Source of the DNA: an uncultured delta proteobacterium
GTDB taxonomy: Bacteria; Desulfobacterota; Binatia; UBA9968
Assembly: GCA_963737905.1 (NCBI GenBank)
Contig: CAVTUQ010000019.1
Coordinates: 1 to 64,000, forward strand
Reading direction: 5' to 3'
Length of the DNA stretch: 64,000 nt
This document shows positions 22,863-34,500 of the stretch, in pieces (the stretch's first letter is position 1; the number at the start of each line of letters is the position of its first letter). The position numbers were made by a program, and so were the translations under genes. Below the pieces are notes generated by a model that was given only the letters and a program-made list of their open reading frames with translations, ran no database searches and was not told where the DNA came from.

Positions 22863-23236
22863 CGTTTCTAGTCTAGACAATCCTCATAGCCCAAGTCGAA
22901 GATAGATGGCAAGCCTACCGCTGGATTTAAATGCGCGCCGGCCTTGGGGCAAACGATAGGTCGTTGTTGATTCAATCGGAAGGCGATCCGTGGCCCCCAT
23001 AATAAGGAACCTCGATGGGTTTGACGTCTGCTTTAAATTACGGTCAAGCGGGCATATTATAGACCGTGGGGGGAACTCGATGACGATCGCTGAAATCATT
23101 TTGTTTGGACCGGAAGAAGGAAACAGCACGACCTTGTCTCCCTCTGGCGTTCCTGTGTAGACTTTGGACGGCGATACAGACTCAAGTAAGCCGGGTTGAA
23201 GCTGACATCAAGCCATTCCCCCCAATTGGTCCGCCA

Positions 23237-24532
23237 ATGCTGACACAACTTCCATCATGGCCATATCTTCCAACCCTCGCTCGGATCGGGTTGGCACTCG
23301 CCATTGGTCTTTTCATCGGTATCGAGCGGGAACGACGGCATAAAGAAGCAGGACTCCGAACGTTTGCCTTTACAGCTATTCTGGGAGCCGTCGGTGGAAT
23401 GCTCGGTGAGTCATTTTCGCTTTTGGCACTGGGTCTAGTCGGCGTCTTGGTTATCTTTCTAAACGTAGAGACGATTCGGACCGGCGAGGGCGCGGAAATC
23501 ACCACGTCGGCAGCTCTTTTCGTGACGGGCTTTGCGGGCCTGCTTGCAGGTCAGGGACATACTTTCACTCCGACTGCTCTTGGAATTGCGACAGCCGCCT
23601 TGCTTGCCTGGAAGGAACCGCTTGCGGGTTTTAGCCACGGGCTAACGGAGTCGGAACTGCGGTCGGCGATTCTCCTCGCGATCCTGGCGTTTGTTGCCTA
23701 TCCGGTGCTTCCGACGGGAAGCATCGATCCCTGGGGGCTGATCGAGCCCCGACCTGCCTGGGTGACGGTGCTGCTCATCGCCGGACTGGGGTTCGCGAAT
23801 TACGTTTTGCTCAAGCTCTACGGCGCACGCGGTATCGAGCTCACCGGCTTTCTCGGCGGCCTCGTCAATAGCACGGTTACCGTAACCGAGCTTACCCAAC
23901 GAGCGCGCGCAGCCGGCGGTCGACTTTCCGACGTCACCTACCGCGGCGTCGTGCTAGCGACCGCGGCCATGCTCATCCGGAATGCGGTCATCCTCGGCCT
24001 CCTCGCCCCGGCGGCGCTGTTCGATTCCGCTGTTCCGCTTGCGCTCATGATTGGCGGCGCCGCAGTCGCCGTGGCAACACATGGCGGACACAGCACCGCC
24101 GTCAGAACCACAGATGCGAGAGAAGGCCAAGCTGCCGAGCCCGCACGCGAACCGTTGTTGCCTGCACTGGAATCGCCCTTCTCCCTCACCGCCGCACTCA
24201 AATTTGGTATTATCTTTCTCGTCCTCCAGATCGCGGGCACGCTCGCGCAGCGGGCGCTCGGCCACTGGGGATTTTATGCCGTTAGTGTGGCCGGCGGCAT
24301 CGTGTCGAGCGCAAGCGCAGTCGCATCGGCAGCAAATCTGGCGGCCGCTGGGACACTGACGCCGCAAGTGGCGGGGATCGGAGCAACCTTCGCGTCGGCG
24401 GCGAGCGCGATCGTAAACCTACCGTTGGTTGCTCGCCTCGCAAAAGATCGCGTCCTTACCTGGAAATTTGCACGGGTCCTCGGCGGCATTGTACTGCTTG
24501 GGGCGCTCGGCGCCGTCGTTCAAGGCTTTTGA
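23237..24532 (+). CDS. MgtC/SapB family membrane protein with DUF4010-like C-terminus
   Basis: LAIGLFIGIERE, AGLRTF, EITT, GFLGGLVNST; multiple TM helices; start uncertain. Confidence 0.88.
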   Translation: MLTQLPSWPYLPTLARIGLALAIGLFIGIERERRHKEAGLRTFAFTAILGAVGGMLGESFSLLALGLVGVLVIFLNVETIRTGEGAEITTSAALFVTGFAGLLAGQGHTFTPTALGIATAALLAWKEPLAGFSHGLTESELRSAILLAILAFVAYPVLPTGSIDPWGLIEPRPAWVTVLLIAGLGFANYVLLKLYGARGIELTGFLGGLVNSTVTVTELTQRARAAGGRLSDVTYRGVVLATAAMLIRNAVILGLLAPAALFDSAVPLALMIGGAAVAVATHGGHSTAVRTTDAREGQAAEPAREPLLPALESPFSLTAALKFGIIFLVLQIAGTLAQRALGHWGFYAVSVAGGIVSSASAVASAANLAAAGTLTPQVAGIGATFASAASAIVNLPLVARLAKDRVLTWKFARVLGGIVLLGALGAVVQGF

Positions 24533-24866
24533 GAGAGTTACTTATTGGAGTGAGTGGTGAGTGGTTGTCATCGACCTGGGCTAGAGCTGTAGAGCCGGTC
24601 AATGAAGCCTGAATCGATTAGGTCTTCTACTTTGAGAGCGGCAATATTCTGATTCTGCAGCGCCATCATCGAATACATCCAAGTACTGCCGACGATGCTC
24701 TGCACGCCTAGCCGCTTGCTGCACAAATCGGGCGCTTTTTATCTGCGGAATCGAAAAGCCCTCCCCTTGACGACCGTCGCGGCTTCAGTATACGAACGAC
24801 GCAGTAATCTTTGGCGGCAAAAAAAGCAGCCGGGCGAAAGCCCGGTGGTTTTTGGAGGGCACAAGC

Positions 24867-26505
24867 ATGGAGAGAGAGCTGATAAAGATTGTGAATCCGA
24901 CGGCGCCCCGAGTTTCTAAGCGGACCCATCTCGCTCCCAGAAAATACCGCAGCCTACGACACAAACGCATTGGCCTCCTGGACAATAACAAACCCAATGC
25001 CGATAAATTTCTCGTCTATGTCGGCGAGCTTCTGAAGCAACGCTACGACGGTGTTGAGCTCATCCCCAGAAGAAAAATGACCCGCACAGGAGCGGATTTT
25101 CTCCAGGAGCTCACCGAGGGATGCGACGTAGTGATCAACGCTTTTGCCGATTGAGGATCTTGCACGTCGTGGAGTATCCACGATTCCGTTCAGCTGGAAA
25201 ATGCGGGTGTTCCAACCGCCACCCTGGTCACCGACGAGTTTCTTGTGCTTGCGAAGACTGAATCTTCGACCCGCGGCTTGACCGACTTGCCGCTTGTAGA
25301 GCTTCCTCATCCGGTTGGCTCGATTTCTCTCGATGTTTTGCGCTCGCTGGCGGAGTCAGCTATCGACTCCATCGTTAACACACTAACAGCCGGTGGTGTC
25401 CGCGCCGGTTGTACTCTGAATGAAGAGAACGGGTCCGCTGTCGAATCCATGGCAACGGTAGAGGTGCCGGCGGACCCCGGCCTGATGTTTCAATACTTCA
25501 TAAACAGGGGTTGGTCGGACGGTCTGCCGATGTTGCCGCCGACCGAAGCTCTGATCGATGCAATGATCGCCGGCAGCGGGCTGGACAAGGATCATGTGCT
25601 AGGCGTCATTCCTCCTCTCAATGGGATCGCCACTGTCGAGATAGTCGCCGCCAATGCCGTGATGGCCGGCTGTTTGCCGGACTATTTTCCGTTGGTGGTG
25701 TCCGCCGTCCAGGGCGTACTGCAACCGCGGTTTAATCTTGACGGTGTGCAAACAACCACCGGCAACGTGGCTCCTCTGGTGATCATTAACGGGCCGTGTC
25801 GCAATACTCTTCAGATCAACTATTCGAGCAACGCCTTGGGACAGGGCTGGCGAGCCAACTCCACGATGGGCAGAGCTTTACGGCTCGTGCTGAGCAATAT
25901 CGGCGGCGCGACGCCCGGGGTGTACGACAAAGCCACTCTGGGTCAACCGGCCAAATACACCTTTTGCATCGCTGAAAACGAGGAGGAGAATCCCTGGGAT
26001 CCGCTTCATGTGGAGCGTGGCTTGCCACCGGAGTCGGACGCTGTCAGCGTCTTCGGCTGCACGGGCGTGAATAGCGCCGTCGATATGGCGAGCCAGACGG
26101 CGAAGGGACTTTTGAAGACGTTCGCTCTCACGATGATAGGCGGGCTCACCAGCGGTGTCACCTCCACTGAAACCATGCTGATCGTTTGCCCGGAGCATGC
26201 GTCGATCTTGTCCTCGGGAGGCTACTCCAAAGCGGCCATTCGCCACGAGCTCTTTGCCGCTGCGCGCGTGCCGCACGAAAAAATCTCGGATGAAAACCTG
26301 GAGCTGTTGGCAAAAAGAAGACCGTTTTGGTTTCAGCACCATGAGTCGGAGATCGGTGTCGTCGACCGGCCAGAGGATATATGGATTGTCGTTGCCGGGA
26401 GGAAAAGGCGCCAAGTCGGCTTATATCCCGGGCCGCACCGGCACTCACCTGCAGACAACGCCGGTGGCCAATCACTCGGCGGCGATCAATTGCAGCTGCT
26501 CATGA
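24867..26505 (+). CDS. UGSC-family selenoprotein (Sec96) fused to a ~350-aa uncharacterised domain, about 545 aa (frameshift near 26398)
   Basis: ORF 24852..25154 ends in TGA and the same frame stays open into ORF 25245; readthrough gives AFAD-U-GSCTSWSIHDSVQLENAGVPT; SECIS-like hairpin follows; GGAGGG RBS before ATG 24867. Confidence 0.82.
25155..25187 (+). promoter_or_regulatory. Putative bacterial SECIS element
   Basis: Stem TCGTGGA (25167-25173) / TCCACGA (25177-25183) with a G-initial loop about 20 nt 3' of the UGA at 25152-25154. Confidence 0.7.
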
Positions 26506-26536
26506 GTTACGGAGCGGGACGACCGAAGGAGTTTCT

Positions 26537-27526
26537 ATGAAGCGCTTCATTGATGCTGTTATGATCGCTTTGGCTGCGGTCTGTTTGATGCCGGGTGGCG
26601 CCGCTTCGCAAACGAAGTCGATCGTTATCGGCGAAGGGGTTCGCGGGGCCATGTACATGCCCGCCTATATCGCGGAAGAAAAGGGCTACTTCAAGAAACG
26701 AGATCTCGACTCGAAGATTGTGACCTTCAGCCGCAGCAACGACATCAATGCTCTCGTCTCGGGCGACATTCAGTTCGATCAAACCTCGCCGGATAAGGTG
26801 ATCCACAGCGCTTTGGGCGGGTTCCCGGTGAAAATGGTTATGGCGACGACCCGCGGCTTGAATCTCGCCCTGGTCGTTCACCCGTCGATCAGATCAGCCG
26901 CTGACCTGAAAGGCAAGTCCGTGGCGATCACGAGCTTCTCGGGCCTGCCCTACACCGGTTTGCTTCTGTGTTTGAAAGAACTGGGTTTGACAAAGGAGCA
27001 AGTCGTTCCACTCAATATCGGAGGGAAAGCGGCTCGCTTCGAAGCTCTGGTGAACAACAAGGTTCCCGCTGCGATTCTGGATCCTCCCTATACCACCATG
27101 GCGGCCAAGGAAGGTTTCAAGCTGATCGTCGATCTTACGCCTCTCGACGTCCCGTACCTGCGCAATATCGTCGCGGTCTCCGAGAAATCTCTGCGCGAGC
27201 AACCCCGCATGATCTCGAAGTTCGTCGAGGCCTTATCGGAGGGAATTCAGTTCTACCGTAACAACGCCAACAGAGAAGAAAACATGCGAATTTTGGCCAA
27301 GTACCTGCGCGTTCCGCTGGATAAGAACCGGGCGATGGTCGAAGAGGGCTACGAGACCTACCGCGACATGCTATTGACAAAGCCCTACGCAGACCCCAGT
27401 GCGATGAAGATTCTCTTGGACGTCATCGCCGAATCCAATCCCAGAGCAAAGAATGTAAACCTCGCGTCATTAATTGATTCCTCCTTTGTCGAGCGGTTGG
27501 ATCGGGAAGGGGTTTTCGGCAAATAG
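26537..27526 (+). CDS. NMT1/SsuA-type ABC substrate-binding protein
   Basis: AAGGAG RBS, signal peptide MKRFIDAV.., DLKGKSVAI, C-terminal ERLDREG. Confidence 0.88.
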   Translation: MKRFIDAVMIALAAVCLMPGGAASQTKSIVIGEGVRGAMYMPAYIAEEKGYFKKRDLDSKIVTFSRSNDINALVSGDIQFDQTSPDKVIHSALGGFPVKMVMATTRGLNLALVVHPSIRSAADLKGKSVAITSFSGLPYTGLLLCLKELGLTKEQVVPLNIGGKAARFEALVNNKVPAAILDPPYTTMAAKEGFKLIVDLTPLDVPYLRNIVAVSEKSLREQPRMISKFVEALSEGIQFYRNNANREENMRILAKYLRVPLDKNRAMVEEGYETYRDMLLTKPYADPSAMKILLDVIAESNPRAKNVNLASLIDSSFVERLDREGVFGK

Positions 27527-27729
27527 CGGGAAAAATCGGCTGGGTCAAGCAAACTTGCCGTAGGAGATTGAGTTCTACGGGAATAAGATTCGGGACGAAT
27601 CTAAAGTGATGCAAGAAGTGAAGACGCAACGCCATTTACACATTCGAACGGGTGGGCGGGAGTCAGTTGTTGGGGTTTCTTCATTGTGATAGGCAGCGCA
27701 GTACCATCAAAAAGAGAGGAGGATCCAAT

Positions 27730-28155
27730 ATGCTAAAGGAATTCAAAGAATTCATAATGCGAGGCAATGTAATCGACTTAGCCGTGGCTGTCGTGATCGG
27801 TGCGGCGTTTGGGAAGATCGTTACATCTTTTGTCGAGGACATTCTGATGCCACCGATTGGGTTGGCGCTCGGTGGCGTGGATTTTTCTAATTTGTTTATC
27901 AATCTCTCCGGGAAAGACTATCCCAGCATCGCGGCAGCCAAGGCGGCGGGGGCGCCAACTTTTAATTACGGTATCTTCCTTAACACCATTCTCAACTTCT
28001 TGATCATCGCGTTCGCGATTTTCCTGATCATCAAACAAATGAACCGCTTTCAAAAACCGGCGCCTGCACTCGTAACCAAAGATTGCCCCCATTGTCTCTC
28101 CGCCATTCCCATCAAGGCCACACGCTGCCCGCATTGCACGTCCGAATTAAAATAG
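27730..28155 (+). CDS. mscL: Large-conductance mechanosensitive channel with C-terminal double-CxxC extension
   Basis: [33 protein letters not shown]; NYG.FL..ILNFLII; tail CPHC..CPHC. Confidence 0.95.
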   Translation: MLKEFKEFIMRGNVIDLAVAVVIGAAFGKIVTSFVEDILMPPIGLALGGVDFSNLFINLSGKDYPSIAAAKAAGAPTFNYGIFLNTILNFLIIAFAIFLIIKQMNRFQKPAPALVTKDCPHCLSAIPIKATRCPHCTSELK

Positions 28156-28214
28156 CTCGCGCTCGGGTGACAGAATGGGGACTTGTTGTATTCGGCAATG
28201 AGAAGAAAGAGAGC

Positions 28215-29246
28215 ATGCCCTTGAATATCAAGATGTTTCGGAGAAGCTGTGCTGCACTTAGTGGTTTTCTGCTAGTGTTGGTCCTAGTCTGCGACATCGT
28301 TCTGGCTCAGGGAAAAAGCGATCTCATCCCCGTCATCGAGGGTATTTCATCGCCCGACTTTGGCTATCTTACCTCCTATCTGGCGCGCGCGAGGGGGTTT
28401 TTTGAAAACGAGGGACTAGATTTAAAGATCGTCATCATGCGGTCCAGTGTGTCTGTGCCAGCCCTGGTGACGGGAGAAGTGCAGTTTGCTGTTCACGGTT
28501 CCGCCATGACCGCGGCGCTTAAAGGGGCCCCGCTGAAAGCCGTTTTCTTTACCTATAATACGTCTACGATGCAATTCATGGTTCGGCCGGAAATTCAGAA
28601 ACCTGAAGATCTTAGGGGGAAGGTCGTCGCGATCTCCAGCCCCGGCGGATCTCAGGACCAGGCCACCCGGCTGATTCTCAAGAAACTCGGCTTGGATCCG
28701 GCTCGCGACGTGAAACTCCTTGCAGTCGGGAGCGCAAAGGCAAGGGTGATCGGCATGGAAACCGGGCAGATCGCCGGCTCAGCGAACAATCTCGACATCG
28801 CCGCAGAGCTGGTAAAGAAAGGTTATCGTATCCTGGCTAACTCGTCTGAGGTCTACCCTGTGCCCTGGGCCGGCTTGGCGGCCAATGATCGGTTGCTGCG
28901 GACAAATCCTGCGCTCGTGAAAAAGTGGCTCCGGGGTCAGGTGAAAGCGTTGCTCTTTATCCGTGAGCACCCCGACGAGGCGGCTCAAGTGGCGGCGAAA
29001 GAGTTGAACCTAAATTACGAAGTCGCGCGTGAAGCGATAGGGCAGGCGATCGATTTCATAAACCCGAAGGATCCGGGAGGGTTTACGGAAAACGGCATGC
29101 GCTCGCTCATCGAATATAGCGTCGAGCGCGTCGGCATCGATCCCAGGAAAGTGAAGATTACCGACGTAGCCGACGTGACGCTCTTGAGAGAGGTACAGAA
29201 AGAGCTGGGCATTCAGTGCCGCGGCGGTTATCTCTGTCCTCCATAG
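28215..29246 (+). CDS. NMT1/SsuA-type ABC substrate-binding protein
   Basis: Signal peptide; GFFENEGLD, DLRGKVVAIS; start uncertain. Confidence 0.85.
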   Translation: MPLNIKMFRRSCAALSGFLLVLVLVCDIVLAQGKSDLIPVIEGISSPDFGYLTSYLARARGFFENEGLDLKIVIMRSSVSVPALVTGEVQFAVHGSAMTAALKGAPLKAVFFTYNTSTMQFMVRPEIQKPEDLRGKVVAISSPGGSQDQATRLILKKLGLDPARDVKLLAVGSAKARVIGMETGQIAGSANNLDIAAELVKKGYRILANSSEVYPVPWAGLAANDRLLRTNPALVKKWLRGQVKALLFIREHPDEAAQVAAKELNLNYEVAREAIGQAIDFINPKDPGGFTENGMRSLIEYSVERVGIDPRKVKITDVADVTLLREVQKELGIQCRGGYLCPP

Positions 29247-29532
29247 CAGTCAAATGATGCCGGCCTGGGATACGCCAAATCAATAAATTCCGCACATCCA
29301 ACACGCTTCAATGGACAAATTCGGGTTTTTTCGTTAATTCAGCCTTCGAACCACTCTTCACGCCGCGACCACAGCCAGCAGTTTAGCAAAATGGTCCACT
29401 GCCATTTGGTGACCGCAGCTGAGGCAGCGCTCACGTTACGCCGATCAGCTTGACATGTTGACCCCGTCTTGAAGTATCTTGTCGTCGGGTAGCAAGCGGC
29501 TCAATTCAAAGCCACAGAAAAAGGAGGATACG

Positions 29533-31014
29533 ATGAAACGCCTATATGCAGTCGCCAGGGCGACTAGCCATCGTTTTTTGTTTGTACGGGATAGGATCGT
29601 CGGCGGAACTTTCCACAGAGAATCAAGCCAAGCTGCTGAAGAGCGTCGATTCATATGCTCCGCGAATGTCGGAGGTGGCGCTAAAAATTTGGTCGAAGCC
29701 GGAGCTCGGCTATCAAGAGACCGGGACCTCAGCATTACTCCAGGACGAGCTAAAGAAAGCCGGCTTCAAAATCGAAGCGGGTGTAGCCGGCATTCCGACC
29801 GCGTTTGTCGCGCGCGCTGGGACGAACGACGGTCCGGTGATCGCCATCCTTGCCGAGATCGACGCTTTGCCCGGCATGTCGCAAGCCGCGGTACCGGAAC
29901 GCAAGCCGATTCCGGAGCAGATCGCGGGCCATGCCTGCGGGCATCATTTATTCGGCTCGGGCTCGGTTGCCGCGGCCATCGCCGTCAAAAACTGGCTTCA
30001 AGAGACTGGGATGAAGGGCCAGATCCGTGTCTATGGCACGCCTGCAGAAGAAGGTGGCGGTGGCAAGGTGTATATGGTTCGCGCCGGACTGTTCAAAGAC
30101 GTGGATGTGACATTGTATTGGCATCCCGGCGATGCAAACAATGCCTCCCAGGACCGTAATCTGGCGAACACCAGCGCAAAGTTCCGTTTCCATGGCCAAG
30201 CCTCCCACGCGGCCGTTGCTCCCGATCGTGGCCGTTCCGCGCTCGATGCTGTGGAGGCGATGAACTTCATGGTCAATTATATGCGCGAGCATGTTCCTCA
30301 GGACGTGCGCATTCATTACGTGATCACCAACGGCGGCGCGGCGCCGAACATCGTTCCTGAATTTGCCGAATCCTATTACTACGTTCGCCACCCCGATCCA
30401 CGCGTCGTTGCCGACGTGTTCGAACGCGTCAAGAAAGCCGCCGAAGGCGCTGCACTCGGCACAGGGACGACTTTTGATTACGAGGTCATCAACGGGGTTT
30501 ACAGCATCCTGCCCAATGACGTGCTCGGCCGTGTCATGGACGCCAACCTTCGTCGCGTCGGCCCTGCCGCGTGGACGGCGGAGGAGATGGCTTTCGCGGA
30601 GAAGCTTCAGAAGACTCTGCCTGGGAAGAACCTGCCGGCGCTGGCAAGCGCAAAGGAGGTCATAGATATCGGTTCAATGGACAGAAATATTCGTCCACCG
30701 ATTCGGGGGATGTGAGCTGGGTTACGCCACTGGCGACGCTGAATACGGCGACCTGGGTTCCCGGAACATCGGCCCATACCTGGCAAGCCACGGCAGCCGG
30801 CGGTATGAGCATCGGACTCAAGGGAACCGTTGTCGCGGCCAAGACACTCGCGCTCACGGTAGCGCAGCTATATGCGAGTCCCGATGTGATCCAGTCCGCC
30901 AAGAATGAGTTCGATAAGAGCCGCGGTCCTGGCTTCGTCTACAAGCCCCTCATCGGCGACCGGCAGCCGCCACTGGATTATCGCAAGGGATCAACTTCGA
31001 CCGGGGCTGAATAA
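29533..31014 (+). CDS. M20 amidohydrolase, p-aminobenzoyl-glutamate hydrolase subunit B (AbgB)-like, with signal peptide (frameshifts near 29560 and 30665)
   Basis: PELGYQE, GHACGHHL, YGTPAEEGGGGK, GRSALDAVE, STD.GDVSW..P, H.WQ; AAGGAGG RBS before ATG 29533. Confidence 0.85.
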
Positions 31015-31558
31015 GCGGCGCACGCGTATATCCAATTTCGAGTTTGCTATTTAGAGCGGCTCCTTGGATTGTTAAGGAACAAGAAAATCAGCGCCAGCGT
31101 CCATCGCCGCGCACCCCCGAGCGGCTCAAGATTCCGCGCGGCTCCTGGAAGCGGAAGGAAAAATCGGCTAGGTCAGGCCACGCTGATCGAAGGTGGACGT
31201 GGAAAAATTCGGTTCCGTGCGGATAAGATTCGGGGCGAATCTGACGGGATGAAGAGGCTGGAGTTGAAACGTAACAGCCCTATTTTTTCGTATGTGTTGA
31301 TTGGGATGGAGGTGAGGCGTCATTCAATTCAATCCTGCCGAGGAATATTGGGCTTACTCCGTTTTTAACTCGACCGCCAAAGGTTGCAAAGGCTATGTTT
31401 GTCGGGTTACGTTTCTGCTATCAGACGCGGTTGTGGAAGTACCAATCTTGCCCTGAGCAGATCTTCCTGTGACCCCTTTAGGCAGAGAGTTTTCGGAGAT
31501 CATTCTCACAGAATAAGCTTCCGCGCGGCAAATCTTCGATACGGAGAACACAAGCCAG

Positions 31559-34500
31559 ATGATCCGACCACTGTCCCGTCGCTTGCGTGTCAGAGACGAC
31601 GGCAGCGGCAAGGGAAGGGAAGTCGAGACCACATTCCCGGAATTCGAGACCGAGGACGCAATCATTCTCCTCGGCGATCCCGGAATGGGAAAGACGACCT
31701 TTTTTAGGGAGGCGTCCAATGCAAAATACATTACGGTCCGAAATTTCCTAGTTGGGCCGCATGCCATGCGGAAACGAGGCGCTTTTCCTTGACGCCCTCG
31801 ATGAATACAGAACTATTACAGGGGGGCAAGGCGCAAGCGACGAAGTCGCCAAAGAGCTGTGCAAGCTGCGGAAGCCTAAGTTTCGGTTCTCCTGTAGAGC
31901 GGCGGATTGGTTCGGCTCACAGGATCAAGACGTTCTGAGGGCCGCTAGTGCATCGGGCCGGGTCGTAGTACTCGAACTCTGTCCGCTCTCACATGATGAA
32001 ATTCTGACTGCTGTGGAGCCGATAGTTCCCGACCCAGTCGTATTTCTAGATGAAGCAGAATCGGCGGGGCTCGGAAAGTTACTTAGTAACCCTCAAACTC
32101 TTGAGTTTATAGCGCGTGCTTGGGGAAGCGACAAGAAGCCTAAAAACAAATTCGAGGCATATGAGATAGGAATCTCTGAACTACTTAAGGAGACGAATGA
32201 TAAACATGCGCGCAGCGTGCTTAGGTCCGGTAGCGAATTACGCAAAGCTGCAAGCGCCGTCGCGTCGATACTGCTCCTTTCGAACTCCGCCGGTATTGCG
32301 CGGACAGAGCCGGCAAGCGGCAATGACTATACCATTCTCTCGGTTGTACCATATCCGAACAGAGATGCAATTGATGCTGTTTTGAGACGGCGGCTTTTTA
32401 TTTCCCCGGAGAGCGGATCGGTTCGAACTGATTCATCGTACCGTTGCTGAGTTCTTGGCCGCAGAGGATTTATTCGATCGGATCCAGAAGGGTCTTCCAA
32501 TTGATCGGGTAATGGCGCTGATATGCGGGAGTCGACGGGAGGCCCGTCTCCTCGCTTCGAGGTCTTTTCGCCTGGTTGATGTGCAGGCTTCGCCAGCGCG
32601 CCGAGGATTACGTCGAGCGTGACCCCTATGGAGTTGCTACATATGGCGATGCCAGCGTATTGCCGCCAAGCGGCCAAAGGGCAATCTGGGCTGGACTTCG
32701 GAGGCTTCGTGATCCGTGGTTTCTCGGGAACGAAGACGACCGCGGCTCGTTCCGTGGCCTCGCCAACAAAAATACGGCCAAAATGGTTACTGAAATCTTC
32801 CAAGATCCGGCAAGCGGAGTTCATCTGCGAATCGCCGCGCTCGAAGCAGCCGCCAATACCAGAGAAGACATTGGATTGAAAGCCACTTTTCGAGACATGA
32901 CGCTAGCGAAACACGAAAGCGAATGGCTTAGATCAAAAGCATTAAACGCCTTCGCGGAATCGGTCAAGAACGATTGGGCGCTACTAGAGGCTCTCGATCG
33001 CGAACTTGCCCAAGCGGCCGATGATGCGACCGCCTCTGAAGTACGGGTTAAATTGCTCTGCCTGACGCCAGGATGTGGTATCTTGCCCTTGCGGTTGCTC
33101 TCGATTCTGGAGCAGGCTGCCTCTGCAAAAAATGAAAGGCATGTTCTTGGCGGTTTCCGTTCACTGATTGATCTACCGTCCGATTCCGATTTGACTGCGA
33201 TTCTTGACGGCGACATTCTCGAGGTATTAACGCCGGAGAAGAAGAAATACTATTTTGAGCTCCGCTCAATTTTCGATAAATGGTTGAAGCGGCGTCTAGA
33301 CGGCCCCGCACCGACCGCGGCAATACAGCTAGCCAGTTGGATCAAAAGCATACAGGTCGGGCGGGACCGATATCCCGAGCTGACACTGGCATCTTTAAAA
33401 GCACGATTTGAACGGGAGCCGTCGCTCTTTGAAGAAGTGTTCGAAGAGCTCGCCAGTAAGCCAGGCAAGGAACGGTCGTTCTTGTTTTTTGTCTTTCACG
33501 ATGTGCGGCGACTATTGCCGGCGACAATATGGCCTATTCCTCAATGCGAATTCTTCTTGGCCCGCGCCGAGAAGGAAAACGATCCCGAACGTGGCGCCGC
33601 ATTCTTCCAGATGTATCTGCATTGCTTCCCAAGCGAGGGAGCATCTGTCGCACTAGCTGAGGCGGGTTTCAATTTGTTGGATCGTCGACGTGATCTGGCG
33701 GAGACACTCGGAGATTGGAACATTTGTAAAATCGAAGAATCGCAAAAGGATCAGTCGGAGAGACTTCAAAAAGAGAGTCGAGAACGCTCCGAGAATCGCG
33801 CGCAAATCATTGCGTACTTAACACCGCGCCTCACTACCATTCGAGAGGGAAGCGAGGAAAAGGTCCGACTGTGGGCGGTCCGGTTCTATTTAGGGTTTGT
33901 TGAGGGGACTGAAGATGTGTCCGAGCCGCGGGAGCGCCTAGTTAAATTCACGACCGAAGAGATCGCAGATGCTCTTATTGAGGGAATCATCCGGTACGCG
34001 CAGAATCCAGCCGTCGCGCAAAAAGGGAACGGTGAATTCCAACTATGATTTATTGAGTCTGTCGGTCTTTCTACGATTCACTGAAGACATGACCGTACCC
34101 GAGGACGCGCTGCCGAATTGTATCGCGGCGGTAGTCACCTCCTACTTAGGTGATACTTTGCCGGACTATGATGGCAAGCTGTCCAAATGGCTGCTTCGAC
34201 AAGCGTCCGAAAAACCAACCGTTGTGAAATCTGTTCTAAAGAGGATGTGGGTTTCTGACGGGACGAGTAAGAAAAGGCTACTGCCGGGCTTTGATGTATT
34301 GAGCCGTGATCCCGGCTCTCAACAATTCCTCGCTTCGTTGTCAGCCGATGTTCTCAAGACGGGGATCAATGAAGATCACGGAGCAGTTGCCGAACTGGTA
34401 TCCGTCCTTCTGCGTCATGATCGGGAGGAAGCCCTCGCCATCGGAGAGAGTGAGCTCATACGAAACGAATTGTCGCCGGAAGTGCGAGCCATCTGGATCA

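Noticed and set aside
26488-26540. Second possible Sec codon after NCSCS (TGA 26503-26505)
   Set aside because: No convincing hairpin follows and readthrough would run over the RBS/start of the next SBP gene; treated as a normal stop.
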